In this document: one piece after another, positions 1 through 12,454 of the stretch | Position numbering within the stretch: position 1 is the stretch's first letter | Layout of the letters: every line of letters starts with the position of its first letter | Assembly (NCBI GenBank): GCA_028023455.1 | Contig: JAQFVV010000004.1 | Coordinates: 12,648,001-12,712,000, forward strand | Source of the DNA: Epiperipatus broadwayi | Taxonomy: Eukaryota; Animalia; Onychophora | DNA length: 64,000 nt | Reading direction: 5' to 3' | Made by a program: the position numbers and the translations under genes | The notes under the pieces: generated by a model | Seen by the model: only the letters and a program-made list of their open reading frames with translations | What the model was told of the DNA's origin: nothing | Database searches by the model: none

Positions 1-187
1 TTTTCATAATCTAGATGAGTGCACTTTCAAACAAAAAAAAAAAATTGCTTTATAGAGTACACACACATAAATTTGCAGAATAATTAAATGTATATATAAA
101 TAAAAATAGGCTTCACAGATTAATATTTTATTAGATATTGACAAGCCATATTTTTATACAACTAAATAATGCTTACTTAAATACATA

Positions 188-768
188 CAAAAACAGGCAA
201 AACTCACTATACATATTTGCCACACACAGCAAGCTAGAGTAATCAATGGATGCCAGAAGGCTTGTGCATAAAATCCCCATCTAGTGCCCTACTCATCCAA
301 TATTCCCAGACTAGTTTCTGGCTTGTGGTCTTCGTCAGTGAGGAGCCTTGGATCTGAGAGCACTGCACCTAGATCTTAGGATCTAATGCAACCCTCCAGC
401 AGCCACCTTTTATTTCCACTTAACTACAAAATTATGAGTCTTAAACTGAAAGCACCTTAATGTATAGTTTTGTAGTTAAGTGGAGATAAAAGGTGGCTGC
501 TGGAGGATTGCATTAGATCCTAAGATTTAAGTGCAGTGCTCTCAGATCCAAGGCTCCTCACTGACAAGACCATAAGCCAGAAACTAGTCTGGGGATATTG
601 GATGAGTAGGCACTAGATGGGGATTTTATGCACAAGCCTTCTGGCATCCATTGATTACTCTAGCTTGCTGTGTATGGCAATATGTATAGTGAGTTTTTTC
701 CTGTTTTAACAGCAGTTATACACAAGCACAAGAAGTGGTGGTGGTCATGTGATGTTTATTGGCTTAAA
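188..768. mobile_element. Family B HHR-bearing non-coding element, head-to-head inverted composite (minus arm 188-463, plus arm 464-768)
   Basis: Arms are near-identical reverse complements (e.g. 196-433 vs 464-700). Exact 12-bp direct repeat CTTAAATACATA at 176-187 and 763-774 (TSD overlapping the right end). Homologous to 47435-48084 and 27715-28811. No ORF. Confidence 0.85.
305..343 (-). ncRNA. Minimal type I hammerhead ribozyme motif (family B)
   Basis: Minus strand reads ccuca CUGACGA agaccacaagcca GAAA CUAGU C uggg: intact core, palindromic ACUAGU helix III, GUC site, extended helix I. Helix II is weak (a/c mismatch). The plus-arm copy at 556-594 has lost G8. Confidence 0.6.
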
Positions 769-1366
769 TACATATACAAACACATGACAAAAAAAAACCT
801 ATCACTGAACAGTAACATAAATATATTAGTAAAAACTTGAATAAAAGAGAAAGGAGTCAACAAATTCATAACATTTTAAAAAATAGAAATATTAAAAATA
901 ACACATAATTAAGAATATCATTTAAATATATATATCACATTAATCATTCTGTTAAAAAAAAACATTTTAATCAAAAGAATCATTTATAAATAAATGAAGG
1001 TGATTATTAAATAATTATTAAAAAAATATTTTTGTTTTAAGACATAATATAAGTAGTTTCAAAAATTATTTTTTAAAACATTAATATGTTTTATTCTTCA
1101 TGTTTATTTTATAGAAATAAACGAATAAAACGTACGATATTTACTGAACACGTTAACTGACTAAAGCTATATTTTCAAGTCATAGAAATAAAAATAATTT
1201 TTGAAACAATACTTAAATCTTCAAATTCATATCAAATTGCTTTTCAATTACTTTAGCTCCATAACACAAATCATATTTTTTTTATCCAGGAAGAGCCATT
1301 TGTAAACAAATGGTTGTTCAAATTCCAAAACAAACAAAAATGGATAGAAAAATAAAAAAGTTAAAG

Positions 1367-1866
1367 NNNNNNNNNNNNNNNNNNNNNNNNNNNNNNNNNN
1401 NNNNNNNNNNNNNNNNNNNNNNNNNNNNNNNNNNNNNNNNNNNNNNNNNNNNNNNNNNNNNNNNNNNNNNNNNNNNNNNNNNNNNNNNNNNNNNNNNNNN
1501 NNNNNNNNNNNNNNNNNNNNNNNNNNNNNNNNNNNNNNNNNNNNNNNNNNNNNNNNNNNNNNNNNNNNNNNNNNNNNNNNNNNNNNNNNNNNNNNNNNNN
1601 NNNNNNNNNNNNNNNNNNNNNNNNNNNNNNNNNNNNNNNNNNNNNNNNNNNNNNNNNNNNNNNNNNNNNNNNNNNNNNNNNNNNNNNNNNNNNNNNNNNN
1701 NNNNNNNNNNNNNNNNNNNNNNNNNNNNNNNNNNNNNNNNNNNNNNNNNNNNNNNNNNNNNNNNNNNNNNNNNNNNNNNNNNNNNNNNNNNNNNNNNNNN
1801 NNNNNNNNNNNNNNNNNNNNNNNNNNNNNNNNNNNNNNNNNNNNNNNNNNNNNNNNNNNNNNNNNN
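1367..1866. other. Assembly gap (500 N)
   Basis: Run of N. Confidence 1.
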
Positions 1867-3060
1867 AGACTGTTCATTTCAATATATATATATTACTTAT
1901 TCCTCTTACACATATATTATGAATATAAATAAAAATGGTTTTCATTATTTCATAATATTAGCATACATAATAATTATACGTGTGCTAGTAATTATAAAAT
2001 CATTATTGTCTATTGTCCTACAAGATTTAGAGAGTATTATAATGGCAAATTCTTGAGCTCAAAGTCTAAATCATCCTGCAATCATTCTTTTAAAACAGTA
2101 ATCTAACACATGAGAAAACATAAAAAATCTTTTTCTCATATGAGAAAAAAAAAAAAATCTTTTTCTATTGCTTTTTAATCAGTATAATCTCCAGTACTTC
2201 ACTCAGTTATTATATGTAAACTTATTCACTTTGCAACATCCCCATTTTTACTAATATTTAATTACTAACTTCATATTAAATCAAGATGTTCATATTATTA
2301 TAAGGAAATAAATATCACCTAGTTTCATCCCCAAAAGGCAATTTCTTAAAATTCTCCATGGTGAGTACCATTTTTTGTGATATAGTTTAATATATGTCTA
2401 TTCAGAAAATAGTTACCAGAGAATGTAACACAAAGAGTACATACTTTACCAAGGTTTTATAAATCATGATAAATGGCTAAAGATGTAGAATAAATTATTT
2501 AAAATAAAAAATTTAAAAAACACACACTCATACAATTTATAAGTACTTAAAACATATAATGCCAGTAAAAATTTGGAGAGTTGAACTTGATTATATATCA
2601 GTTTATCGTCTTTCTCACTTTATTGTTTCTATTTTTTCCAATTATGCTCATAATGATGCAATCTCTCAGGAGTTAACAATGAATAACTAATAGAATATTT
2701 TCTTGTTTAATGACCCTTCATATAATGTTTTTGGTGAGCTTCTAATTTAACTAAAGCTTGAGGAGTGACTAATTCGACTGAATTAGTATATAGATGCAAG
2801 AGCTGTTTTAGCCAAACATTATTTTAAAAGTTATTTACAGTTGTGGCATCATGTCCATGAAATATATGGTTAGAGCAATGAATTGCAGGTTTTAGTGACA
2901 AGAAATTGTTATTTACTATCTATGTGAATTCTCTCAAGTAGATTTCTCTTCTTCTAGTTACAAAATGACAATATATCTTTCTCAGTCTTACTTTTCTTTC
3001 TGCTCTGTTTTCTGCACACAACTTTCTGGCTTTCTATACATATAACTAAATCAATTATTT

Positions 3061-3195
3061 TATATAGTGCGATGTTTTATAAATGGTAATAGTTAAACAG
3101 CATTAAGCTGTTGCACATGCGCTTTGCAGATTTTAACTATAAATGACTGAATACTAACATTTCAAACACAAGATAAATTCTTTGGGAAAAGATCT
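3061..3195 (-). repeat. Family D dispersed repeat fragment
   Basis: Matches the reverse complement of 44590-44720 (gcacatgcgcttt...caaacacaagataaa...tttgggaaaagat). Confidence 0.7.
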
Positions 3196-3603
3196 AAAAA
3201 TTGCTTGTAAAAAAAAAAACCAACCAAGAAACAAATAAACAATCAATGGCTTGTTTTCTAGTCTCTCAACATTTTTTTAAAAAAAAAACCTTTATTAAGT
3301 TAATCAATGTTAATTAACTTTAGATTTAAAACCAAGCTTTGTTAACAAAACAAGCACAAGTTAATTAAACAATTATTAACTACGTTTAATCATATATACA
3401 CTATAATTACAAAAAATAGCATATTCTGTTTCATAAAATAGAATAAAAATCCAATATCCTGCAACTCTATGCACACCATTTTTTATAGATAGTATTCTAT
3501 TATTATGTATAATCACATCATTAAATTTACTCATTATCATCACAAAATAGCATATAATCACAAATATGATATATATGTTTTATAAAGAGCTCACTAATAA
3601 ATC

Positions 3604-4098
3604 AGTCTGGGGTTGAGTTATTCTGCAAAGCTTGTTAAGAGTATCTCTTTATAAAACATTTGTAGTGCAAGCTTGTTTAAATTAGGTCATGTGACATCTG
3701 ACTTGATTTATTTGTAATTTTATTTTTTACTATTAAGGCTTTGGCAATTTTATATTGCTAAAGCTATTAATATATGGTGTATCTCAACTTACTTCAGTCT
3801 CATATGGCTATTTAAGTTAGATAGCTGGATTAGAAGACATATGAATGTCTGAAAATTTCAGATTTTCTACTTAATAGTTATCTATTAGATAAAGTTCTGG
3901 GCTTGTCCTAGTATTTTTAATCTAATTCTTGCATATCCTGGCAGCTCACTGACGAAGCCAGTAGTAGAAACTGGTCTGGGGTTGAGGATATTCTGCAAAG
4001 CTTGTTAAAAGATTATTTGGAGCTCTTTATAAAACATTTGTAATGCAAGCTTGTTTAAATGAGGTCATGTGACATTTGACTTGATTTATTTGTAATTA
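3604..4098 (+). mobile_element. Family E HHR-bearing element: one 369-bp unit plus about 120-bp terminal redundancy
   Basis: gtctggggttgag...ttgatttatttgtaatt occurs at 3605-3719 and 3974-4098 (period 369). HHR core at 3949-3976. No ORF. Confidence 0.7.
3944..3981 (+). ncRNA. Degenerate type I hammerhead motif (family E)
   Basis: gcuca CUGACGA agccaguagua GAAA CUGGU C ugggg. Core intact, helix I as in family B, helix II not well paired, helix III palindrome broken (ACUGGU). Confidence 0.45.
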
Positions 4099-4544
4099 TG
4101 TATGTGTATGTACAACTTATATATATTTACTAATTCAAAAAATCAATTTTTAAAAAAATTTTATTACAAAATTGTCTAACTTAAAAATTAAAATAATATA
4201 TTGTATTATCAATTCTACCTCTGAAAAAGACTACTAAAAAGTCAAAATATAAAAGATGAAAAATAAAACAATATTTGACAGCTAATTATTTATTTATTTC
4301 CATCTCTGTAATTTATTGTAAATGGGGTGATGTGAGTTTTATAAAATAATATTGATATAAAATGTGATATGCATTACATTTTTGCAAGACATAATCAAAT
4401 AATTCAGAGTTAAATAAAAAAAAATGTGATAACAAGCTGGTGTTGAACTTACTTATGGCAATTCAAATTGCATCAACATTATATGCACAACCATGCACGA
4501 TTTGTTCTTATATTATATTACCACATGCTAACAAGTAAATATAT

Positions 4545-5020
4545 TATGATGATTATTATCATCATTCCTATCCATAGTAATAGTAGAAGTGCCAATGTGT
4601 TGGATTACTTCCATCATTTATCATTAAATGTTGAATGTCTAGAATTTTTTTACTTTATTTGAACTTTTCCAAATACAATTAACTGTTAGTAATAGCAGAG
4701 ATTAATTGACAGAATAGCTCTCTTAGTTAAAACATTGCCTTAAAATTTGACATTCAAAAATCTAAATATTTAAGTCTCGATTCTTATGCTAGCATTGTCA
4801 CTGGTCAAGTCAGCAACACCTGAAGAAGAGTGGAAAATAATACCATTTGAAATCTTGTTTAATCCACTAACCTGTGTTGTCTTTGTGTGTTATTACTAAC
4901 AGTTATTTCTATTTGGAAAAGTTTAAATAAAATTTACAAATTTCTAGACATTCAACATTTAATGATAGCTAATGGAAATAGTTCATGTTAACACAACTAA
5001 AATACAATCATCATTAACCT
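4545..5020. repeat. Old inverted repeat (family H) with HHR-like relic in the spacer
   Basis: About 4600-4695 is the reverse complement of about 4888-4980; another copy at about 53385-53460. CTGAAGA (4820-4826), gagtgg/ccattt stem and GAAA (4849-4852) present, helices I and III poor. Confidence 0.55.
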
Positions 5021-5165
5021 TCAGGGTAGTAATACTAGTATTGAAACAGAATATTCCTGCCCTCATATCTGTTTCACCTATTCCTCCCATAGCTTCATCT
5101 GTGCCAGATTTAAACCCATCAAGAGTGCATATATATAGACATTAACACAGTTATATATGTATCAC

Positions 5166-5198
<33 letters not shown>

Positions 5199-6849
5199 CC
5201 AGCTGTACTATCTTAGATTTATATATATATATATTACAGCAGATATATTTTATTTTAAAATCAAACATTTTTAAATTGTGTATTTTATTTTGATTTTAAA
5301 AAAGTCAATTTATTATTATTTATTATTTTTATGTTTAAAATCACATGTATATATGTGGAGTTCACATATGACATGATACATATATAGTGCAATATGATTT
5401 AGATATTATTTAGAAGTTTTTAATGCTTCTTAAATTTAAATTAAAATAGTTGTAAAGAAAAATCATACTACTGCACACGTGTGTTAATATAGTGTGGTAT
5501 CGAAGTTTATAATCTTATTTTTGCAATAATATTTTTCTAAAATGTATTTTATAGTAAACAATATCCACTGAGCTGGAACTATTACCAAGTCTTTGGAAAA
5601 TCAAGATGGTCCAAATTAAGTTAAAAATATCATTTAAAAATTTAAACAAAAGGTTAAATAAATTTAGTAAATTAAATTATAAAATAGCAAATAGGTGCTA
5701 ATCGATTTACTAGCAAAAATTCTTTTTTTTAAAAAAATATGGTCTGATCTAAAAATCATATAAATAGACCATAATTTTACACTCTTGAGCTTACTCTGTA
5801 TTTTTTGCTAAGTGTTTGCTACCAGAATCCACACCAGTTTTATTTTGAAATGGCAGAGTAGAAGGCTGTAGATGTGTTGTTTTCCTGCAAGAAGATGGTG
5901 ACCTCGAACCCCATTCTATGTATTGCAATGGCATGCAACCAGCATCATGGAGATGGGAGACTTTCCAGCAACAGCCTGCTGCAAAAAGACATCTTAAACC
6001 ATACCACCTATCCAGAGAAGAGTGCCACCATGCTTATCATCTGATATGCCTGAAGTACAAGCTGCAACAAAGAAGCTCAGTAATATTCCTTCTAACACCA
6101 CAGAGCTCTAAATCAATTTTAAACTTTTAAAACTTTAAACATATTAAACTAACTTATATAATGTAAACTGAACATTCACTATTAAATTCTTAAAATTCTT
6201 TCTAAAATAATATAACTTATAACTGTATAAAACTTGCCTGAAACTACCTGTAATTTTAATTTGTTTCTCTAAATTATAATAACTGTAATCAGTTATTTAT
6301 CTAAATCTCTTTAGTACTGCAGTTATGTCTGTATATTGTTTCAATTATTTATCCAAGATTTATTTTATATATATTATAATATGCCAAGCATTTTGAAATA
6401 GCAAGCACTATAATTTTAATAAACTTTTAATGGAGGTATGATTATGAATATCTTCCTTTTAATATTTTAATAATGCTGTTTAGCCTACTAGAGTGCAGTT
6501 TCAAAATCATATTATATCATATAATAACTGATCACTACGCGCTCATTATTATTAAGTTAGATTTACATTATATTATATCTATTATGGTTTGCCTAGTCAG
6601 ATTTGTAAATTATGACTTTTACTAGCTATTATTTAGAAGTAATAGGCTAACTAGAGATGATATTAAAGTATATTTCTTAATGACTTATTAATTCCTACTA
6701 AATATACTTTCCCCTCCTTAATCAATGATTAAAGATGCAGATTTAGTATTTTAAACCAGATTAATAATTAAGTTAAGTCCATTAAGATAGCATAATTATA
6801 ATGCTAAATTTAATAACTGGGTTCTATTAGCTATACACATAAATGCTAT

Positions 6850-7500
6850 CTGTTTTTAGGTGCATTTAATTTAGATATATACATTTGTATTTTGCTTATG
6901 CATTGCGGGTGTTTTTACACAGTACACTTTGGACATAACATCTTGCTGCACCTTCTTATGGACTCATGTGTCCCCATCACTTAGTTCAGGTAAGGCTATT
7001 TTTATTAGAATTGGAACGCAAGGGTCCAGATCATGTTTATAAAGCCTATGTAGTTCCTAAACTTTATATGTTCATATATTAATTGTAGCAAGCTGTCCAG
7101 TCCTAAGGAACCATATATTTTGATGTGGAATCCTGTGAATAATTACCCATCCGCACTGCAAACTTATTCCTAATATTTTAGTCAGTGACATAGCATATAT
7201 ATGTGGATCTAGAGTAACCAGTTCTTCCCCATATTAAATAACAGTTCAGCATTAGTCGGAAACTTGAATCTTTGGTTACTAGGCTAAATCCACATCACCT
7301 CTGAGCTTAATTATTTGCTCACATTTTAATATACATAAACAACAGCTATATGAAGGTTGTGATGAATAATCTATCGTAGGCTAGCAAGTATGTTTTCAAA
7401 ATTAGCAAACAATAATGTGAGAAGAGGGTTTGGCATATTAACTATTACAGGCATGACTCTATTAACCGCACATCACACCCACTTAGTTAAATATGTTAAG
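6850..7500 (-). pseudogene. Highly degenerate Ty3/Gypsy-like pol fragment (RNase H to integrase zinc-binding region)
   Basis: Manual translation gives PNPLLTLLF (HKPL-like, about 7410-7437) and CVPILIKIALPELSDGDT*VHKKVQQDVMSKVY (like VP..LxELHxGHxG...VYW, about 6925-7030). Many stops and frameshifts; judged by eye. Confidence 0.35.
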
Positions 7501-10500
7501 ATGAGATCGCTATAATATTTTTAGTCTCATCCACTATGTAACACCTGCATGCATTGATCCCATATATTTAGTACTATAGAATTGTCATTTTTGTTTTACT
7601 TGATTTTATTTTATTGATTTAATAAACTTACTTAAAATTATACTCGTTTCATATCTTTCTTGCTTGCAATCTAATTCCAATTCAGTATTATTCTTATATC
7701 GCATGATCACCATCGCATACTAGCACATAATTGTTATTAAACAAGGCAAATATGTGTGATATTGATATTTATTTTAATTTTAAGTTAACTGGTGTGTTAA
7801 GTAGTCCATTTTAACTCTTTTAGTTAAATTGTTAGTCTGTTTCGGAGTCTCATGCCTCTCCTTGTTCGGCGCCGGCTCAGAGAAAAATTGAGACCCGTGC
7901 GTAACCTCAGAAATGTCATTCATAAAGTGTTAAGTCACCGAATATTGGTGAATGAGTTGAAGCTTGGTCGGATTCGGGATCTCACCATTTCGGTCAGCTT
8001 TGATGTATTTTACCTGGACTCTAGATTTTGTTTCGTGAATGTACAAATCTGACCGTCATAATATAGTAAAAATCATTTGTATTTATAGTTTATATAAAAT
8101 ATCCCACCTCCAAATTAATTGGAAATGACTAATATATATAGATATTTGTATATTATTATTGCATTACAGTTTTTATAAATGCACACACTACACCGATTTT
8201 CCTATTTATAGATAAATATTTATAATTATTATAATGTACACTCTACATTGATTTTTCTTTTTTTCTTTTTGACAATTTTTGAAGAAAAAAAATTTTTTTT
8301 AAGTTCTAATCTTTTCTCATTCTTTTCACAGTCATTAGTTGAGCTGAATTGATTTATTTCAGATCCCTGCAAAGTTAATCTTGTCAATAAGTTTTACCTG
8401 AGCTACATATCATCTATTGTCATTGGGGAAGCAAATAAGGAAAGTGCACGGCTCAATTCTACCTTTACTGCTAGTTGCAAATAATTTAGAAGTGCAATCT
8501 TCCCTGTGGGAAAGAAATTTTTACAATTTTTTTTAATAAAAAAAAATACTGCTACTATATGATAATTTTAAAAATAGATGATAAAATGTTTCATGTATAT
8601 AATATGCACATATATGGACGTAAACTTAACATTTCATTATTTACTGACCAGAAGATAAGAATCAAATTTCCAAAGGAAAGTTTAAACAGAGTCATAGCAC
8701 TATAAAATTATACTTCTTGATTTTTAAATCTTCATAAATTGATACTATATACATATTGTACCTACATTTTTAATAGTTTTATTTCTAAAGAAATATATAT
8801 ATATATGTAAAAGCAATCAAAAAATACCAACTTTCATGTAATTTCCTGATAACCGTGTTAACAAAACTCATTATTCTACTTAATTTACATTTTTCACTTG
8901 ATCTATTTTTTTAAAATGATAATGAAATATTTTTAAAATAGTTAATAAAAAAAGAAAAAAAAGTGCCAAAATGATATAGCTCTAAATACAGCTTATTTAA
9001 ATGTAGATTTTATATAGCTTGTGCAAACTTTAAATACACTTCACTTTACGACATATCGATGCAAATTTAAATAAATTATTTAAAAAAAATAGATGTTATA
9101 ATTTTTGGATATGGTATAAACATGAATATTTTTCTGCAGATAAAATTAAGGCTTTTACTCATAAAAAACTTTCTTTATTGAATTTTCATTGTAGGACTAG
9201 AAGGCTCAATTTTGAAAATAGTAGTTATATTTAGAGGAGACAATTTTCTTATGACTATATTGACTTAGGTTATAATCATGAATTTATTAGAAATATATTT
9301 AATAAAGATATCTATGTCAGTTAATAATAAAGATTTAATTGTTGGTGAGAATAAAGATTTACTTATTTCCCATTTAAGTCATCAGTTTATAAATTGATTT
9401 ATAAGAATAGTTTTTTTTTATTGGGTGGTATGAAAGTGGTCTGGAAAAAAAAACCTTCATTTAAATTCATTATTAAATGATTCAAAATATTCCTTGCTGT
9501 TGTTGTAAAATTTATATAAGTCAAAGTAAATTACGACTTAATAAAAGAGTTCAAATTCATAAGAGTATAGTTAAAAATAGATAACAAAACTCAGCTTTGT
9601 ATATTCATGAACTAAATACAGGTCATAAAATATTATTTGACAAAAATGATAAAAGTGGAATAAAAAAAAAACAGTAAAAGAAATTCTGATGAGAAATTTT
9701 CTTGAATCTGAGGCATCAATCTCATGAAGAGATCATTTGATGTTAAATGAAGTTGATTTTTAAGGTTGATGATGAGAAAACTATTTTTTGTATATATCTT
9801 GTTGAATTTTACTTAAAAACGTCTATTTGTTAATAGATAAAACTATGATCATGGAAGAATTTTAGCAAAATTTTGTTTTTATTTTTTGGCTAGTATTCTA
9901 ATGGTATATGATTTTTCTTTTCATTTTATTTTATATATAGTTAGGATACCAGATTATCTGTAAGATATATTGCATTTTTAAAATTCAGTTTGAAAATGCC
10001 TATATTTACCAAAATAATACATAATATATATTTATAAATGTATGATGGATATTCATAGACATGGATATATGTCTATATATACTTATGTAAAAAAAAAAAA
10101 AAAAAGTTGTCTATACAATTTTTTTAATATTTCAACCAGAGGACTGGTTTTCATCAGAAAATATGACTAAATAATATCACCAAAAGTTAAAATTTACTTC
10201 TATAGTTGTATATATATACACCAGAGCCCACACTCCACCTATCTAATCACTACTCAAGCACATATATGCTGAAAAGATAATAATCACCAATATAATTTCA
10301 TCTAAACCACATCATCAGTTTCCAGATTATCATCTCCCACATATATACTATATTCAGATATATATTAAGATAGACAATCTTCCTACTAACACCAATCTAC
10401 TACCCTCCAACTCTTCACCATCTATCCAATTGAAATCTGATGATGGAGCACACCTGACGATGTCACACCCATGTTGACCTAGCACTGAACCCCACATTAC

Positions 10501-11466
10501 AGGACATAGTCCATTTATACATTAGATGGCACTTCTATATTATAACTGAAAACATTTTATACCTGTGTGTCTATATATGTAATATAGGTTATGAGCACAG
10601 ACTTTCAGATCATCACCTCCACTCTATCTAATATCACTGATACACTCACACATATTGCTGAAAAGATAAATAATCACCAATATACTATTTCATGCTAAAC
10701 CACAATCATCAGTTTCCAGATTCATCTCCCACACATATACTATAGTGCTCAGATATATTAGATAGACAATCTTCCTACTTTAACACTCCACTACTACACT
10801 CTCCAACTCTTCAACCATCCATCCAATTGAAAATCTGATGATGGAATGCAAGGCCATCCTGAGGGAATTTGTCACACCCATGTTGACCTAAGTCAATCTG
10901 AACCCCATGTAGGACATATCCATTTAATACATGTGCAGATGGCAGACATCTCTATAATGTAATAACTGAAAACACTTATTATATCCTGTGTCTATATATG
11001 TAATATAGGTATATGAGCAGTTTCAGATGACCATCACTCTCCACTCTATCTAATCACTGATACACTCAACACATATATGCGAAAAGATAATAATCACCAA
11101 TATTATTTCACACCCAATCATCAGTTGGTCCAGATTACATCTCCCACACATATATATAGTGCTCAGATATATATTAAGATAGACAATCTTCCTACTTTAT
11201 GGACATCCAATCTACTACACTCTCCACTCTTCAACCATCCATCCAATTAAAAATCTGATGATGGAATGCTCAAAGGCATGGGTGTGCAAGAATCTCGGCC
11301 TCAGGGTGGCCTTTGAGCATTCCATCATCAGATTTTCAATTGGATGGATGGTTGAAGAGTTGGAGGGTGTAGTAGATTGGAGCCTGTCCATTAAAGTAGG
11401 AAGATTGTCTATCTTAATATATATCTGAGCACTTATAGTATATATGTGTGGGAGATGATAATCTGG

Positions 11467-11510
11467 ACCAACTGATGATTGCTGGTTTAGCATGAAATAC
11501 GTATATTGGT
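11467..11510 (+). ncRNA. Type I hammerhead ribozyme (family A, unit 1)
   Basis: accaa CUGAUGA u-ugcu-gguuu-agca-u GAAA u-acgu-a UA uuggu. Helix I accaa/uuggu continues after a UGG bulge (auaauc/gauuau); 4-bp helix II with U.U at 10.1-11.1; 2-bp helix III with palindromic ACGU loop; predicted cleavage after A11505. Confidence 0.85.
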
Positions 11511-11938
11511 GATTATTTATCTTTTCAGCATATATGTGCTTGAGTGTATCAGTGATATTAGATAGAGTGGAGAGTGATGGGTCATCTGAAAGTCTGTGCT
11601 CATATACCCTATATTACATATATAGACACACAGGTATATAATAAGCCTGTTTTCAGTTATTACATTATAGAGATGTCTGCCCATCCTTGCACATGTATTA
11701 AATGGACTATGTCCTGTACATGTGGGGTTCAGATTGACTTTAGGTCAACATGGGTGTGACAAGAATCTCGGCCTCAGGGTGGCCTTTGAGCATTCCATCA
11801 TCAGATTTTCAATTGGATGGATGGTTGAAGAGTTGGAGGTGTAGTAGATTGGAGCCTGTCCATTAAAGTAGGAAGATTGTCTATCTTAATATATATCTGA
11901 GCACTTATAGTATATATGTGTGGGAGATGATAATCTGG

Positions 11939-11982
11939 ACCAACTGATGATTGCTGGTTTAGCATGAAATACGTATATTGGT
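11939..11982 (+). ncRNA. Type I hammerhead ribozyme (family A, unit 2)
   Basis: Identical to 11467-11510. Confidence 0.85.
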
Positions 11983-12410
11983 GATTATTTATCTTTTCAG
12001 CATATATGTGCTTGAGTGTATCAGTGATATTAGATAGAGTGGAGAGTGATGGGTCATCTGAAAGTCTGTGCTCATATACCCTATATTACATATATAGACA
12101 CACAGGTATATAATAAGCCTGTTTTCAGTTATTACATTATAGAGATGTCTGCCCATCCTTGCACATGTATTAAATGGACTATGTCCTGTATATGTGGGGT
12201 TCAGATTGACTTTAGGTCAACATGGGTGTGACAAGAATCTCGGCCTCAGGGTGGCCTTTGAGCATTCCATCATCAGATTTTCAATTGGATGGATGGTTGA
12301 AGAGTTGAGGATGTAGTAGATTGGAGCCTGTCCATTAAAGTAGGAAGATTGTCTATCTTAATATATATCTGAGCACTTATAGTATATATGTGTGGGAGAT
12401 GATAATCTGG

Positions 12411-12454
12411 ACCAACTGATGATTGCTGGTTTAGCATGAAATACGTATATTGGT
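12411..12454 (+). ncRNA. Type I hammerhead ribozyme (family A, unit 3)
   Basis: Identical to 11467-11510. Confidence 0.85.

Noticed and set aside
1248-2056. The two longest ORFs (209 and 248 aa)
   Set aside because: They are open only because they cross the 500-N gap.
4453-4527. Minus-strand exon candidate with good splice sites (also 8398-8503)
   Set aside because: Stops in all three frames; could only be non-coding or terminal, with no other support.
5880-6130. 70-aa ORF in a GC-richer patch
   Set aside because: No recognisable domain or splice context; KRHLKPY is only vaguely integrase-like.
6990-7008. 19-nt GT-AG mini-intron joining open frames
   Set aside because: The joined peptide is unrecognisable and the opposite strand reads better as a Gypsy relic.
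11215-12231. ORFs inside family A (also 36375, 60995, 61195, 61245)
   Set aside because: Short, no recognisable motif, and frames are not preserved between copies; treated as chance ORFs in a non-coding unit.
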